Virus record (IMG/VR): IMGVR_UViG_3300009593_000010
Coordinates: 65,559-129,558 of that record
DNA from: a virus
Length of the DNA: 64,000 nucleotides
Direction: 5' to 3' (one strand)
Under the pieces are notes generated by a model. It did no database searches. It worked only from the letters and a program-made list of their open reading frames with translations, and had not been told where the DNA came from. Every line of letters begins with the position of its first letter. Positions within the stretch are counted from its first letter, which is position 1. Shown in pieces: positions 1 through 10,146 of the stretch. The position numbers and the translations under genes were made by a program.

Positions 1-102
1 ATTAGAGTGGGAGAACAGGAAGAAGTTGGTGGTTCAGATATGTGGGAAGCTGGTGTTAAGGCATATCCATACTTTATGAAAGGACATGGTGAGGAAAAAT
101 GA
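1..102 (+). CDS. 3' end of an upstream gene (partial); possibly terminase large subunit gp17 by position
   Basis: Frame 1 is open from base 1 to TGA at 100-102, overlapping the next ATG. gp17 normally precedes gp18. No diagnostic motif is visible. Confidence 0.3.
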   Translation: MRVGEQEEVGGSDMWEAGVKAYPYFMKGHGEEK

Positions 103-680
103 ATCAAAAAAATCTAATAATCCCTATGGAAAACATCGAAGATCATACAGATGACCTTAGAGAGTGGATATTAGACAACAGAAGTCAGATAGATAGGGAG
201 TTATGGGTAGACCCTTTCATACCTTATAATGTATTTAAACTACCACATCCTGCGTTCTTTGACTTATTTTTTGATATAAAAAATTCATTTTATGAGAAAG
301 CCGAAGCAATTGGGGCTCATAATTACATACAATACTACATACATGGATGGGTAAATATCTTTAATAAGGGAGATAGAATCCATTGGCACAACCATTGTAC
401 AGATGAAAGACCAGATATGTTTCATGGAGTCTATTGTGTAGACCCTGCTGGAGAGTCACATACTGAGTATAGAGACTTTGAGACAAAGGAAATAACAGAG
501 ACTATCACATCAAAACAAGGTAAAGGACACTTTGTATGTGATATGACTACTGATCATAGGTCATCTATAAACAATAGTGAAGAGCCAAGAATAACTATTG
601 CATTTGATATTATACCATATTTTGCATATGAGAGAAGTCACGAAGAACCTCAAGGAAAGCATTTCATTCCTTTTGTGTAA
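99..680 (+). CDS. 2OG-Fe(II) oxygenase-like protein (TIGR02466-like)
   Basis: WVNIFNKGDRIHWHNH, HGVYCV, distal H and RITIAFD double-stranded beta-helix pattern. Confidence 0.7.
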   Translation: MNQKNLIIPMENIEDHTDDLREWILDNRSQIDRELWVDPFIPYNVFKLPHPAFFDLFFDIKNSFYEKAEAIGAHNYIQYYIHGWVNIFNKGDRIHWHNHCTDERPDMFHGVYCVDPAGESHTEYRDFETKEITETITSKQGKGHFVCDMTTDHRSSINNSEEPRITIAFDIIPYFAYERSHEEPQGKHFIPFV

Positions 681-777
681 AGTGTAGAATGCAAGAATAC
701 TAAATAGATTATGACGAATTAAAATAATTTGGTTCGGCAATTAATGTTAACAATCACATTTTGGGAGATAAACTAAC

Positions 778-2781
778 ATGGCATTTCAAGTATCACCTGG
801 CGTACAGGTAAAAGAAATAGATGTTACCAATGTAGTCCCAGCGGTTTCCACTTCAACAGGTGGATATGCTGGTCACTTTAGTTGGGGCCCAGTTGATGAA
901 GTTAGAACTATAACCTCTGAAAAAGGATTAGCTCAAGTATTTGGTGAACCATCAGATACTAATACATCCAGAGAACATTTCTATAGTGTTGCATCTTTCT
1001 TAAAGTATGCTAATAATATAAAAGTTGTTCGTGCAAATACCACAAACTTGCTTAATGCAACAACTGGTGCATCTGGACTATTAGTAAAAAATGATACTCA
1101 CTGGTTTGAGACTTACTCTGATGGAAGTGGTACTGTAGGGGACTGGTGTGCTAAATACGCTGGTGACTTAGGTAATAGTTTGAAAGTTTCAATGTGTTCT
1201 GGTTCAGCTGCTTTTTCAGAAGCAAGTGTAACTACTACAAATGCAACTTCAAGTGTTGGTGACTCCAGTATTGGTGTTACTCTAGCTGAGAAGTTCGTTG
1301 TAGGAGATAAAGTAACTATCGCGGGAGACACAAGTGTCTACCAAGTTAGTGCTATTGCATTTGATTCTGGTTCGACAGGTGCTGGTGACCTAACCATTGC
1401 TATGGCTTCAGATTCTACTAAAAAAATACAGGTGGCGGTAGGAAGTGGTGTCAATGTTTCCAGAGAATGGGAATATGCATCTATTTTTGATATAGCCCCT
1501 GGCACATCACCTAATGCAACAAGTAAAGGTGCAACTCTTGATGAGATGCATATTGTTGTAGTAGACGAAGATGGGTCAATAACAGGTCAAGTTGGAGAAA
1601 TCCTTGAGACTTTTACTGGTCTTTCTAAAGCAAGTGATGCAAAAGATTCTTTTGGTGCAGGCAACTACTACAGAGATGTAACTAGAAATCAATCTAGTTA
1701 TATTTTATGGTTAGATCACAACACTAACCTATCTACATGTGGGGTAACTTTACAAAACTCTGGTTCTGGTCGTACTTTCAGTACACACAGTTTACCAGTC
1801 ACTAATAGTCTTACTAACGGAGACGATGGTAGAAATCCAACAACAGCACAGAAGAACACTGCTTACACAACTTATTTGGGTGATGCAGAAACACTAGATG
1901 TAGACTTCTTAATTGCAGGCCCTAATAATGCCGACAATGGAAGTGGGGTTGACAGTTCTACAGTCTCAGAAGCAACAACACACATTAACAATCTAATAAC
2001 CATTGCCGAGTCAAGAAAAGATTGTATCGTGGTTGCATCTCCGAGACGAGCAGATGTTGTCAATAACATAGGTTCTGAGCAAGTGGACATCGTAACACTA
2101 GCAAACACTATTACATCAAGTTCATATGCAATTATGGACTCTACATGGTTATATCTTTACGACAAGTATAACGACCAATACTGCTACATTCCAGCAAGTG
2201 GATCAACTGCGGGACTCATGGCTAGAACTGATCTAGTTAGAGATGCGTGGTATTCACCAGCAGGATTCAGCAGAGGTCAATACTTTGGAGTAACTAAACT
2301 TGCATTCAATCCTAATCAAGCAGAAAGGGACGAACTATACAAGAAGAGAGTTAACCCAGTAGTAACATTCCCAGGCGAGGGAACAGTATTGTTTGGAGAC
2401 AAAACAATGTTGAGTTCTCCAAGTGCATTTGATAGAATCAATGTACGAAGATTATTCATCGTATTAGAGAAAGCAATCTCAACTGCTGCCAAGTTCCAAC
2501 TCTTTGAATTCAATGATGCATTCACAAGAGCAAACTTTAGAGCAACAATTGAACCTTTCTTAAGGGCGGTGCAAGGACGAAGAGGTGTCGTAGATTTCCA
2601 AGTGGTTTGTGATGAAACAAACAACACACAGGCAATCATCGATGCTAACCAATTCCAAGCATCAATTTTCGTTAAACCTAATAAGTCAATCAACTTCATT
2701 ACACTTAACTTTGTGGCTGCAAGGTCTGGAGTACAGTTTGAAGAAGTTTATGGTGCGACTAACACATTAGCTGGGAGCTAG
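778..2781 (+). CDS. gp18: tail sheath protein
   Basis: MAFQVSPGVQVKEID N-terminus, FDRINVRRLF C-terminus, 667 aa, position before tail tube. Confidence 0.97.
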   Translation: MAFQVSPGVQVKEIDVTNVVPAVSTSTGGYAGHFSWGPVDEVRTITSEKGLAQVFGEPSDTNTSREHFYSVASFLKYANNIKVVRANTTNLLNATTGASGLLVKNDTHWFETYSDGSGTVGDWCAKYAGDLGNSLKVSMCSGSAAFSEASVTTTNATSSVGDSSIGVTLAEKFVVGDKVTIAGDTSVYQVSAIAFDSGSTGAGDLTIAMASDSTKKIQVAVGSGVNVSREWEYASIFDIAPGTSPNATSKGATLDEMHIVVVDEDGSITGQVGEILETFTGLSKASDAKDSFGAGNYYRDVTRNQSSYILWLDHNTNLSTCGVTLQNSGSGRTFSTHSLPVTNSLTNGDDGRNPTTAQKNTAYTTYLGDAETLDVDFLIAGPNNADNGSGVDSSTVSEATTHINNLITIAESRKDCIVVASPRRADVVNNIGSEQVDIVTLANTITSSSYAIMDSTWLYLYDKYNDQYCYIPASGSTAGLMARTDLVRDAWYSPAGFSRGQYFGVTKLAFNPNQAERDELYKKRVNPVVTFPGEGTVLFGDKTMLSSPSAFDRINVRRLFIVLEKAISTAAKFQLFEFNDAFTRANFRATIEPFLRAVQGRRGVVDFQVVCDETNNTQAIIDANQFQASIFVKPNKSINFITLNFVAARSGVQFEEVYGATNTLAGS

Positions 2782-2791
2782 GGAGTAAAAA

Positions 2792-3286
2792 ATGGCAACA
2801 ATAGATCAATTTAAAGCTCAACTAACTGCTGGTGGTGTTCGTTCAAATAGGTTCAAAGTCTTTATACCTCGTGTTGGTGATAAAGTAGAATTCTTAGTGA
2901 AGACTGCTGGAATACCAACTGAGGCAATAGGGATCATCGAAAGTAAATTTAGGGGTGCAACTCTTAAACTTGCTGGAGAAAGAACTTATGAAGACTGGAC
3001 AGTTACAGTTATAAATGATGTTGACTTTTCAATCAGAACAGGTATAGAAAATTGGATGAGTGAAATTATAGATAGAGACGCAGGTACAGGTGCAACTGAA
3101 CTCGACTATCTAGTATCTCGTGCGTCTGTTTCTCAACTTCACAGGGATGACAGTGTTTTAGCAACTTATGAGTTCTACAACATGTTCCCTACTAACTTAG
3201 GTGCAATTGCACTTGACATGGATACAGAAGAAGTACAGACTTACGATATTACATTTACTTACAGTCATTTTGAAAGAACAGTTTAA
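2792..3286 (+). CDS. gp19: tail tube protein
   Basis: IDQFKAQL, R-x-NRF, GERTYEDWTVTVIND, YNMFPT motifs; lies between gp18 and gp20. Confidence 0.93.
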   Translation: MATIDQFKAQLTAGGVRSNRFKVFIPRVGDKVEFLVKTAGIPTEAIGIIESKFRGATLKLAGERTYEDWTVTVINDVDFSIRTGIENWMSEIIDRDAGTGATELDYLVSRASVSQLHRDDSVLATYEFYNMFPTNLGAIALDMDTEEVQTYDITFTYSHFERTV

Positions 3287-3323
3287 TTAAACTGTACTTT
3301 TCGAGTGACCTAAATACTTTATT

Positions 3324-4853
3324 ATGGACATATTTGGATTTGAAATAAATCGGAAGAAAGAGAAGGCTGAACAAAAGAATGCACCTTCTTTTGTGGCCCC
3401 TCTGAACGATGATGGTGCTCAAGTAATTGAAGCATCACCATCTGGTAGTCAGTTTGCTGGTGGAATGGCACTTGGTCAATATATTGACATGGAAGGTGCT
3501 ATCAAGAGTGAGGTTGACCTCATTCAAAGATATCGTGCAATGTCACTCATTCCAGAAGTAGATGCAGCTATTGATGATGTAGTTCATGAGGCAATTTCCG
3601 TCAACGATCTCGACAATCCTGTTGGGATTAATCTGGATAGAGTTCCAGAATTATCAGAATCCATTAAGTCCACTATAAGGTCAGAATTTGGGGATGTCCT
3701 CTCCATGTTGAGATTTAATCACATGGGTGGGGATATTTTCAGAAAGTGGTATGTAGATGGTAGGATGTACTTCCATTTACTTACTGAAAAGGGTAATCCT
3801 AAGAAGGGTATTCAAGGGTTGAGATATATCGACCCAATGAAGATCAAAAAGATTAGGGAAGTCCATAAGAAGAAGGACGACAAAACAGGGGTCGAAATAA
3901 TCGACCATGTTGAAGAATACTTCCACTTTGCAGACGCAGGGTTTGACAAGACTGGTTCTAGTAACCAACAGATGTTAAAAATCTCTAAGGATGCAATAGT
4001 AATGACTACATCTGGAATGATGGATGCAAGTCGAACTCAGATAATTGGTTATTTACATAAAGCATTAAAGGCTGGTAATCAATTACAGATGATGGAAGAT
4101 GCACTTGTTATCTACAGGATATCAAGAGCCCCAGAACGAAGAATTTTCTATATAGATGTAGGGAATCTTCCGAAGGTGAAGGCAGAACAGTATCTACAAG
4201 ATACAATGACTAGGTACAAGAACAAACTAGTCTACAATGCTGACACAGGGGAAATCAGAGATGATCGAAGACATATGAGTATGTTAGAAGATTTCTGGTT
4301 GCCTAGAAGGGAAGGTGGTAGAGGAACAGAGATAACTACTCTGCCAGGCGGACAGAATCTAGGGGAGATAGAAGATATAATCTATTTCCAGAAGAAACTA
4401 TACAAAGCACTTAATGTGCCTATTAGTAGATTAGAGTCAGATCAACAGTTCTCATTAGGTAGAACAAGTGAGATCACTAGAGACGAAGTGAAGTTCTCTA
4501 GGTTTGTGGACAAGTTAAGACATAAGTTCTCTAACTTATTCTTGGACATTCTAAGAACTCAATTAGTTCTTAAAGGTATAATAACTACCGAAGAATGGGA
4601 AGAAATAAAAGAAGAGATTAGTTTTGACTTCCAGAAAGACTCACACTTTGTAGAAATGAAGGATGCTGAAATCTACAGAGAAAGGGTATCAACTCTTAGA
4701 GAGATGGATGAGTATGTAGGTAAATACTACTCAACCAACTGGATAAGGAAGAATATTCTTAGACAATCCGAAGAAGAGATTGTACAAATTGATAAAGAAA
4801 TTGAAAAGAATAAAGAAAATGACGATGGGGAAGGAGACGACCTCGACTATTAG
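3324..4853 (+). CDS. gp20: portal protein
   Basis: FRKWYVDGR, YRISRAPERRIFYIDVGNLPK, EDFWLPRREGGRGTEITTLPGG. Confidence 0.98.
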   Translation: MDIFGFEINRKKEKAEQKNAPSFVAPLNDDGAQVIEASPSGSQFAGGMALGQYIDMEGAIKSEVDLIQRYRAMSLIPEVDAAIDDVVHEAISVNDLDNPVGINLDRVPELSESIKSTIRSEFGDVLSMLRFNHMGGDIFRKWYVDGRMYFHLLTEKGNPKKGIQGLRYIDPMKIKKIREVHKKKDDKTGVEIIDHVEEYFHFADAGFDKTGSSNQQMLKISKDAIVMTTSGMMDASRTQIIGYLHKALKAGNQLQMMEDALVIYRISRAPERRIFYIDVGNLPKVKAEQYLQDTMTRYKNKLVYNADTGEIRDDRRHMSMLEDFWLPRREGGRGTEITTLPGGQNLGEIEDIIYFQKKLYKALNVPISRLESDQQFSLGRTSEITRDEVKFSRFVDKLRHKFSNLFLDILRTQLVLKGIITTEEWEEIKEEISFDFQKDSHFVEMKDAEIYRERVSTLREMDEYVGKYYSTNWIRKNILRQSEEEIVQIDKEIEKNKENDDGEGDDLDY

Positions 4854-4879
4854 AACCAAATTTTGGAGACTAAAATATT

Positions 4880-5065
4880 ATGGCAAATAACGAAAATATC
4901 ACTAAACTTATAAATTCAGTAGAGTCTGGAGACATGGTTGATGCATCTGCATCATTCCAAGCTGCAATGGTAGATAAACAAAAAGAAGCTATCGATCAGA
5001 AGAGATTGGATATCCAGATGAATTGGATGGAGAAAGGCACTGATGAAGTTCAAGGAACTAGTTAA
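4880..5065 (+). CDS. gp67: prohead core protein (gp67-like)
   Basis: Small protein directly after portal, as in T4-like gene order. Confidence 0.55.
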   Translation: MANNENITKLINSVESGDMVDASASFQAAMVDKQKEAIDQKRLDIQMNWMEKGTDEVQGTS

Positions 5066-5396
5066 GTCTTTAGACGAAGCCAAGTTTAAACTACCTCGTG
5101 GAGAGAAAGAGGTAGATTCTTATTTTGAGAAAGGTTCTAAGGGGAAGAGAGTACCTATAGTTATTTCTAAAAAAGGAAGTAAGTTCAAGGTCTATGTAGA
5201 TGGAAATGAACTTGCAATCTACAAAAGTGAGAAAGAGGCACGAAAGAATGCAAAACAACTACTTGCATTATTAGGTGAAGACCTCGATGAGTTTATAGAA
5301 CAGTTTAACATTGAGGACACTTTGGGGTTCTCAACTGGATTGGTTGGTAATCAGTCCTATAATGAACCAGAAGAAAAGGTTCACGAGATTAAGTAA
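5043..5396 (+). CDS. gp68: prohead core protein (gp68-like)
   Basis: Position between gp67 and gp21; MKFKEL...DE N-terminus. Confidence 0.5.
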   Translation: MKFKELVKSLDEAKFKLPRGEKEVDSYFEKGSKGKRVPIVISKKGSKFKVYVDGNELAIYKSEKEARKNAKQLLALLGEDLDEFIEQFNIEDTLGFSTGLVGNQSYNEPEEKVHEIK

Positions 5397-5407
5397 AGGA
5401 GACAATT

Positions 5408-6061
5408 ATGTTTTTAATGTCAGAATCAAGTTGTGATGAAGTAAGTTTAATCACAGAGACTACCAAGTCTGGTAAAAAAGAACAATATATCGAAGGAGTT
5501 TTCCTTCAAGCGAACATTAAGAACAGAAATGGTCGTGTTTACCCTATGGAAACGATGAGAAAAGAGGTAAAACGATATAATAAGGAATTCGTAAATAAAA
5601 AAAGAGCATATGGGGAACTGGGTCATCCAGAAGGCCCAACCATCAATTTAGAGAGGGTATCACACTTGATAACTGATCTTAAAGAAGATGGCAAGAATAA
5701 TTTTGTCGGTAAGGCAAAGATTCTCTCTACTCCAATGGGGAAAATAGTGGAAGGACTGTTGAATGATGGTGCAAAACTAGGCGTGTCCAGTAGGGGTATG
5801 GGTTCAATAGAACAAAAAGGAAGTGCTCAATATGTCCAAGACGACTTCATGCTTGCTACCGCAGCTGATATCGTTGCAGACCCTTCTGCACCAGATGCCT
5901 TCGTAGATGGTATCATGGAAGGTGTAGAGTGGGTTCAAGAGAACGGAATATTTAAAGCGAAACAGATCGAGTCTTGGAAAAGTCAGATTCGACAAACAAA
6001 ACAGCGTCATTTAAGTGAGAAAAAGTTTCAGATTATGTCTGACTTCTTCTCAAAATTATAA
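5408..6061 (+). CDS. gp21: prohead protease
   Basis: YIEGVFLQA, NRNGRVYP, GELGHP, LGVSSRGMGS, DIVADPSAPDAFV. Confidence 0.97.
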   Translation: MFLMSESSCDEVSLITETTKSGKKEQYIEGVFLQANIKNRNGRVYPMETMRKEVKRYNKEFVNKKRAYGELGHPEGPTINLERVSHLITDLKEDGKNNFVGKAKILSTPMGKIVEGLLNDGAKLGVSSRGMGSIEQKGSAQYVQDDFMLATAADIVADPSAPDAFVDGIMEGVEWVQENGIFKAKQIESWKSQIRQTKQRHLSEKKFQIMSDFFSKL

Positions 6062-6065
6062 AACT

Positions 6066-6073
6066 TATAAATA
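6066..6073 (+). promoter_or_regulatory. T4-type late promoter TATAAATA upstream of gp22
   Basis: Exact gp55 consensus in intergenic DNA, followed by hairpin AAGAACGAA-TTA-TTCGTTCTT. Confidence 0.75.
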
Positions 6074-6142
6074 CTACTCGAAAGAACGAATTATTCGTTC
6101 TTGTTTTAAAATAAGTAGGATTTTATTTAGGGGAAAATAGAT

Positions 6143-7459
6143 ATGTCAGAAGATATACAAAACGAAACTATTAGTGAGGACGGAACGAAAGCTCCTGTAC
6201 CTACAACTAGTGGTGCTGTAACCCCAGACTCAGATGCACCTAAGAAAGCAGTTGCTTCAGTTGATAAAGCTGGAGACGCAACTAAACCTTCTAAGAAGCG
6301 TAAAGGCGACAAAGATGGTGGAGACAAAGTTGCTCCTAAGCAAGAAGAGGTCGAGTCTGATGAGGAAGAAGTTGTAGTTGAAGAAATGACCAAAATGGAA
6401 GCACTTCGCTCTATGATTGAACACCTTAAAGGTCTGGAAAAAGCAGAAATCAAATCCCTCTATGCTGAAATGGTTAAAAAAGAAGAAGACGAAGATGATG
6501 AAGACGAAGACGATGAAGAAGTCGATGAGTCTACAAAAGCTGACCTTTTAAGAAAAATAGCCGAACATTTCAAAACAGAGGACGAAGATGTTGTTAAGGA
6601 ATCCTTAACTGCATTAACCGAAAAGAAAGTCAAAGAAGAAGATGACGATGACGAAGATGATTCAGAAGACGATGAGTCTGATGATGAAGTTGACGAAAAA
6701 GTCAAAAAGGAAGAAGTTGAAGTAGACATGTCTGCTGATATCGAAGCCCTTATTTCTGGTGAAGACGATCTTTCCGAAGAATTTCAAGCAAAGGCAAAAA
6801 CAATCTTTGAAGCTGCTGTTCAAGCAAAGGTAAAAGAAATACAAACTTCATTAGAAGAGTCTAATAACGAATCTGTTAAATCATTAACAGAAGAAGTTAA
6901 GGCTGATCTAGTAGAGAAAGTAGATTCTTTCTTATCTTATGTTGCAGAAGAGTGGGTTAAAGATAACGAACTTGCAATTGAGAGAGGACTTAAATCCGAA
7001 CTCACAGAAAATTTCATTACAGGTCTTAAAGACTTGTTTGAAGATCACTATGTTGAAGTACCTAACGAGAAGTTAGATGTAGTAGACGAACTTGCTGGTA
7101 GAATTGAAGACCTAGAGTCTAAATTAAACGAGGAAGTATCTAAGAACATCGACTTGTCAACTTCTAACGAAGAAATGGTAAAAAACGAAGTGGTTAGATC
7201 AGTGTCCAGTGACTTAACTGAAACTCAAGTTGAAAAACTAGGACAACTTATTGAAGATTTAGAATTCGGTGACGAATATAAATCTCAAGTACAAACTATA
7301 AAAGAATCTTATTTCAATGACTCTAAAGAGAAAGTGGAATTAGAAGAATCTATAGTAGAGCAGAACGGCGAACAAAATACTTCGACTGAGATTCAAGAGA
7401 ATCTTGACCCAAGTATGGCTGCTTACACTGCCGCAATCGGAAAAGTTAAACCTCTTTAA
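6143..7459 (+). CDS. gp22: prohead scaffolding protein
   Basis: Acidic; LSEEFQAKAKTIFEAAV, YVAEEW..DNELAIERGLKSE. Confidence 0.95.
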   Translation: MSEDIQNETISEDGTKAPVPTTSGAVTPDSDAPKKAVASVDKAGDATKPSKKRKGDKDGGDKVAPKQEEVESDEEEVVVEEMTKMEALRSMIEHLKGLEKAEIKSLYAEMVKKEEDEDDEDEDDEEVDESTKADLLRKIAEHFKTEDEDVVKESLTALTEKKVKEEDDDDEDDSEDDESDDEVDEKVKKEEVEVDMSADIEALISGEDDLSEEFQAKAKTIFEAAVQAKVKEIQTSLEESNNESVKSLTEEVKADLVEKVDSFLSYVAEEWVKDNELAIERGLKSELTENFITGLKDLFEDHYVEVPNEKLDVVDELAGRIEDLESKLNEEVSKNIDLSTSNEEMVKNEVVRSVSSDLTETQVEKLGQLIEDLEFGDEYKSQVQTIKESYFNDSKEKVELEESIVEQNGEQNTSTEIQENLDPSMAAYTAAIGKVKPL

Positions 7460-7533
7460 TTAGTGGTTGACTTTTTTAATATTAACTTTTCAAGTATAAA
7501 AACTTGTTAATCTAAAATAGGAAACACACAATT

Positions 7534-8844
7534 ATGTTTATGTCAGAATCCTTACAAGAAAAGTGGCAGCCAGTATTGAATCACGCCGATCTCCCAGAGA
7601 TCAGTGATCCGTACAAAAGAGCCGTTACTTCTGTAGTTTTAGAAAACCAAGAAAGAGCTTTAAACGAAGAAAGAGGATATATCTCTGAAGCTTCACCTGC
7701 CAACTCAGCAATGGGTGACGGAACTGGTGGAATTTCTAACTGGGATCCGATTCTTATCTCTTTGGTTAGACGATCTCTTCCAAACTTGGTAGCATATGAC
7801 ATCTGTGGTGTCCAACCTATGACTGGCCCTACTGGGTTAGTTTTCGCAATGAAAGCCCGTTACAACGATTCAACTTCAAGACTATCAATGACTGAAGCTA
7901 TGTTTAACGAAGCAGACTCAGACTTCTCTGGTGCTGGAACACAAGCAGGTACTGATCCATTTGGTGATGCAGCTGCTTATGCAACTGGTACTGGTATGAC
8001 GACTGCTGCAGGTGAAGCAAAGGGAGATGTTGAAGCATCTAACCCATTCGCTTCTATGGCTTTCACTATCGAAAAAGCAACTGTAACTGCAAAGACAAGA
8101 GCTCTTAAAGCAGAATACACAATCGAACTTGCACAAGACCTTAAAGCAATTCATGGTCTTGATGCTGAAACTGAACTTGCAAACATCTTGTCTGCTGAAA
8201 TCCTCGCGGAAATCAACAGAGAAGTAGTAAGAACAGTTAACCTTCAAGCAAAAACTGGTGCTCAAACTGGTACTGCTAATGCTGGTAGGTTCGACTTAGA
8301 TGTGGATTCTTCTGGTAGATGGTCTGTCGAGAAGTTCAAAGGTATGCTCTTCCATGTTGAAAGAGAAGCCAACACAATTGCAAGAGAATCAAGAAGAGGA
8401 AAAGGTAACTTTATCCTTTGTTCTTCTGATGTAGCATCTGCACTAGCTATGGCTGGTGTTCTTGACTACGCTCCTGCGTTGAACACGAACTTAGCAGTTG
8501 ATGATGCTGGTAACACTTTCGCTGGTGTTTTAAATGGTAAATATAAAGTTTATATTGACCCTTATTACACTCTTGATCCTGTTACTGGTCACAGTAACGA
8601 AGGTTACATGACTGTTGGATACAGAGGTTCAAATCCTTATGATGCTGGTGTATTCTACTGCCCGTATGTTCCATTACAAATGGTTCGTGCAGTTGGTGAA
8701 AACACTTTCCAACCTAAGATCGGTTTCAAAACCAGATACGGAATGATTTCTAATCCTTTCGTTGGTGCGACTCCTTCTGATGGTTTAGCGTCTGCTGGAA
8801 CTAACTTCTACTACAGAAAAGTCGAAATAGAAAATATTCTATAA
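7534..8844 (+). CDS. gp23: major capsid protein
   Basis: GVQPMTGPTGLVFAM, KTRALKAEYTIELAQDLKAIHGLDAE, FQPKIGFKTRYG. Confidence 0.99.
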   Translation: MFMSESLQEKWQPVLNHADLPEISDPYKRAVTSVVLENQERALNEERGYISEASPANSAMGDGTGGISNWDPILISLVRRSLPNLVAYDICGVQPMTGPTGLVFAMKARYNDSTSRLSMTEAMFNEADSDFSGAGTQAGTDPFGDAAAYATGTGMTTAAGEAKGDVEASNPFASMAFTIEKATVTAKTRALKAEYTIELAQDLKAIHGLDAETELANILSAEILAEINREVVRTVNLQAKTGAQTGTANAGRFDLDVDSSGRWSVEKFKGMLFHVEREANTIARESRRGKGNFILCSSDVASALAMAGVLDYAPALNTNLAVDDAGNTFAGVLNGKYKVYIDPYYTLDPVTGHSNEGYMTVGYRGSNPYDAGVFYCPYVPLQMVRAVGENTFQPKIGFKTRYGMISNPFVGATPSDGLASAGTNFYYRKVEIENIL

Positions 8845-8870
8845 TCTACTATTCTTAACAGAACGAGAAA

Positions 8871-8894
8871 GGGACTCCTAGAGTCCCTTTTTTT
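8871..8894 (+). terminator. rho-independent terminator after gp23
   Basis: GGGACTC-CTA-GAGTCCC followed by a T run. Confidence 0.9.
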
Positions 8895-8898
8895 ATGG

Positions 8899-8906
8899 TA
8901 TAAATA
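8899..8906 (+). promoter_or_regulatory. late promoter TATAAATA
   Basis: Exact consensus just after the terminator, upstream of 8964 (CA-rich leader and AGGAGG SD). Confidence 0.75.
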
Positions 8907-8963
8907 TATTATAGGGAAGTCAAGGGGACAACCCATACACACACAAACACACAGGAGGCCAAA

Positions 8964-9179
8964 ATGGCTGATTCAAAATCTGGGTTCGAGATCAGAGCCG
9001 ATTTACTTAATCAAGCACAAGGACTATTAGAAGGAAACATCTATAGGTCTAATGAAGCTATTGGTGTACACAATGACAACTATCCTAACGACAAAAAATG
9101 TTGTGGAAGTCAAATTGTAATGCCAGACGATGTAGTTAAAGTTGCAAGACAACTTAATGAATTCGTAAACGAGAAGTAG
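8964..9179 (+). CDS. hypothetical protein
   Basis: Strong AGGAGG SD, late promoter, normal codon usage. Confidence 0.7.
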   Translation: MADSKSGFEIRADLLNQAQGLLEGNIYRSNEAIGVHNDNYPNDKKCCGSQIVMPDDVVKVARQLNEFVNEK

Positions 9180-9210
9180 TTAACAACTCCTTTCCCACCT
9201 TACTTACTGT

Positions 9211-9218
9211 TATAAATA
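9211..9218 (+). promoter_or_regulatory. late promoter TATAAATA
   Basis: Exact consensus 7 nt before ATG 9226. Confidence 0.7.
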
Positions 9219-9225
9219 CTAATAT

Positions 9226-9408
9226 ATGAAACAATGGCATGGTGGGAAAGGTAGTATAAGACGAAAAGAAACTGGGACTCAGTATCAAGAGAACTGGGAT
9301 AAGATTTTTGGAAACGAGAAATCATGTGGTGGTACTCCAAGTGGATGGATACCAGAAGAAAAGTTTAAAAGAGATCGAACTGATTTCATAGAAGAGGAAG
9401 AAGAATAA
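9226..9408 (+). CDS. hypothetical protein
   Basis: ORF track; WHGGKGS..R motif; follows late promoter. Confidence 0.6.
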   Translation: MKQWHGGKGSIRRKETGTQYQENWDKIFGNEKSCGGTPSGWIPEEKFKRDRTDFIEEEEE

Positions 9409-9533
9409 TGGAACAACCAGACTGGTATATACATCTTGTACACTTCATATCAATAATAGGTCTTGCATTCTGTTCCTATAAAGTAGGAGAGTTGGTAGGA
9501 CGAAGAACAATAGAGGATAGAGATGGCCAATAG
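9408..9533 (+). CDS. small membrane protein (41 aa, not in ORF track)
   Basis: MEQPDWYIHLVHFISIIGLAFCSYKVGELVGRRTIEDRDGQ; TAATG coupling to upstream gene; one hydrophobic segment. Confidence 0.55.
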   Translation: MEQPDWYIHLVHFISIIGLAFCSYKVGELVGRRTIEDRDGQ

Positions 9534-10107
9534 AACAAGAACTGTTGATGTTGCTGAGTGGCAAAATACTACTCCAGCAAACCTTAGTTATCTTGCACCT
9601 ACTCAGTTTGAGTTGGTAGTTTCTAAGTTACCCAACACAAAATACTTTGCAACAGGTGCTAACATACCATCTGTAAGTGCATCTGCACTTAACCAACCTA
9701 CAACTCTAGGTATCGTTCCTAAGATGCCTGGCGATAAAGTAAACTTCGATGAGTTTACTGTAAACTTTATCATCGATGAGAATTTAGAGAACTGGACTGA
9801 ATTGTATAATTGGATTATATCAATTGCTCCAGGCTATGATACAAAGGACTATAGAACACTAACTGGTGCAAACGATAGGAGTAACCGACCATTTGATGGT
9901 AGTGGAGACCCTATGAAAATGTATTCTGATATGACTATGGTTATCACTACGGCTGCAAATAACCCTAACAGGTATGTTAGGTATCATGATTGTTTTCCTA
10001 CAAGTCTTGCATCTGTAGAGATGGATACTACATCTACATCTAACCCTTATGTTACTTGTACAGCATCATTTGCATTTACTTACTTTGAAATAGCAACCAC
10101 CTCATAA
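9523..10107 (+). CDS. gp3: tail completion / tube terminator-like protein
   Basis: YLAPTQF, FTVNFIIDENLENWTELYNWI, FPTSL, FAFTYFEI; precedes uvsY as in T4-like phages. Confidence 0.8.
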   Translation: MANRTRTVDVAEWQNTTPANLSYLAPTQFELVVSKLPNTKYFATGANIPSVSASALNQPTTLGIVPKMPGDKVNFDEFTVNFIIDENLENWTELYNWIISIAPGYDTKDYRTLTGANDRSNRPFDGSGDPMKMYSDMTMVITTAANNPNRYVRYHDCFPTSLASVEMDTTSTSNPYVTCTASFAFTYFEIATTS

Positions 10108-10112
10108 AAAGG

Positions 10113-10140
10113 TGGACAAATACCACTTTTGTGGTATAAT
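10113..10140 (+). promoter_or_regulatory. sigma70-type promoter, 16-bp spacer class (uvsY)
   Basis: TGGACA-N16-TATAAT with TGTG extension; ACAAA-N7-TTTGT inverted repeat. Confidence 0.65.
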
Positions 10141-10146
10141 AATATT

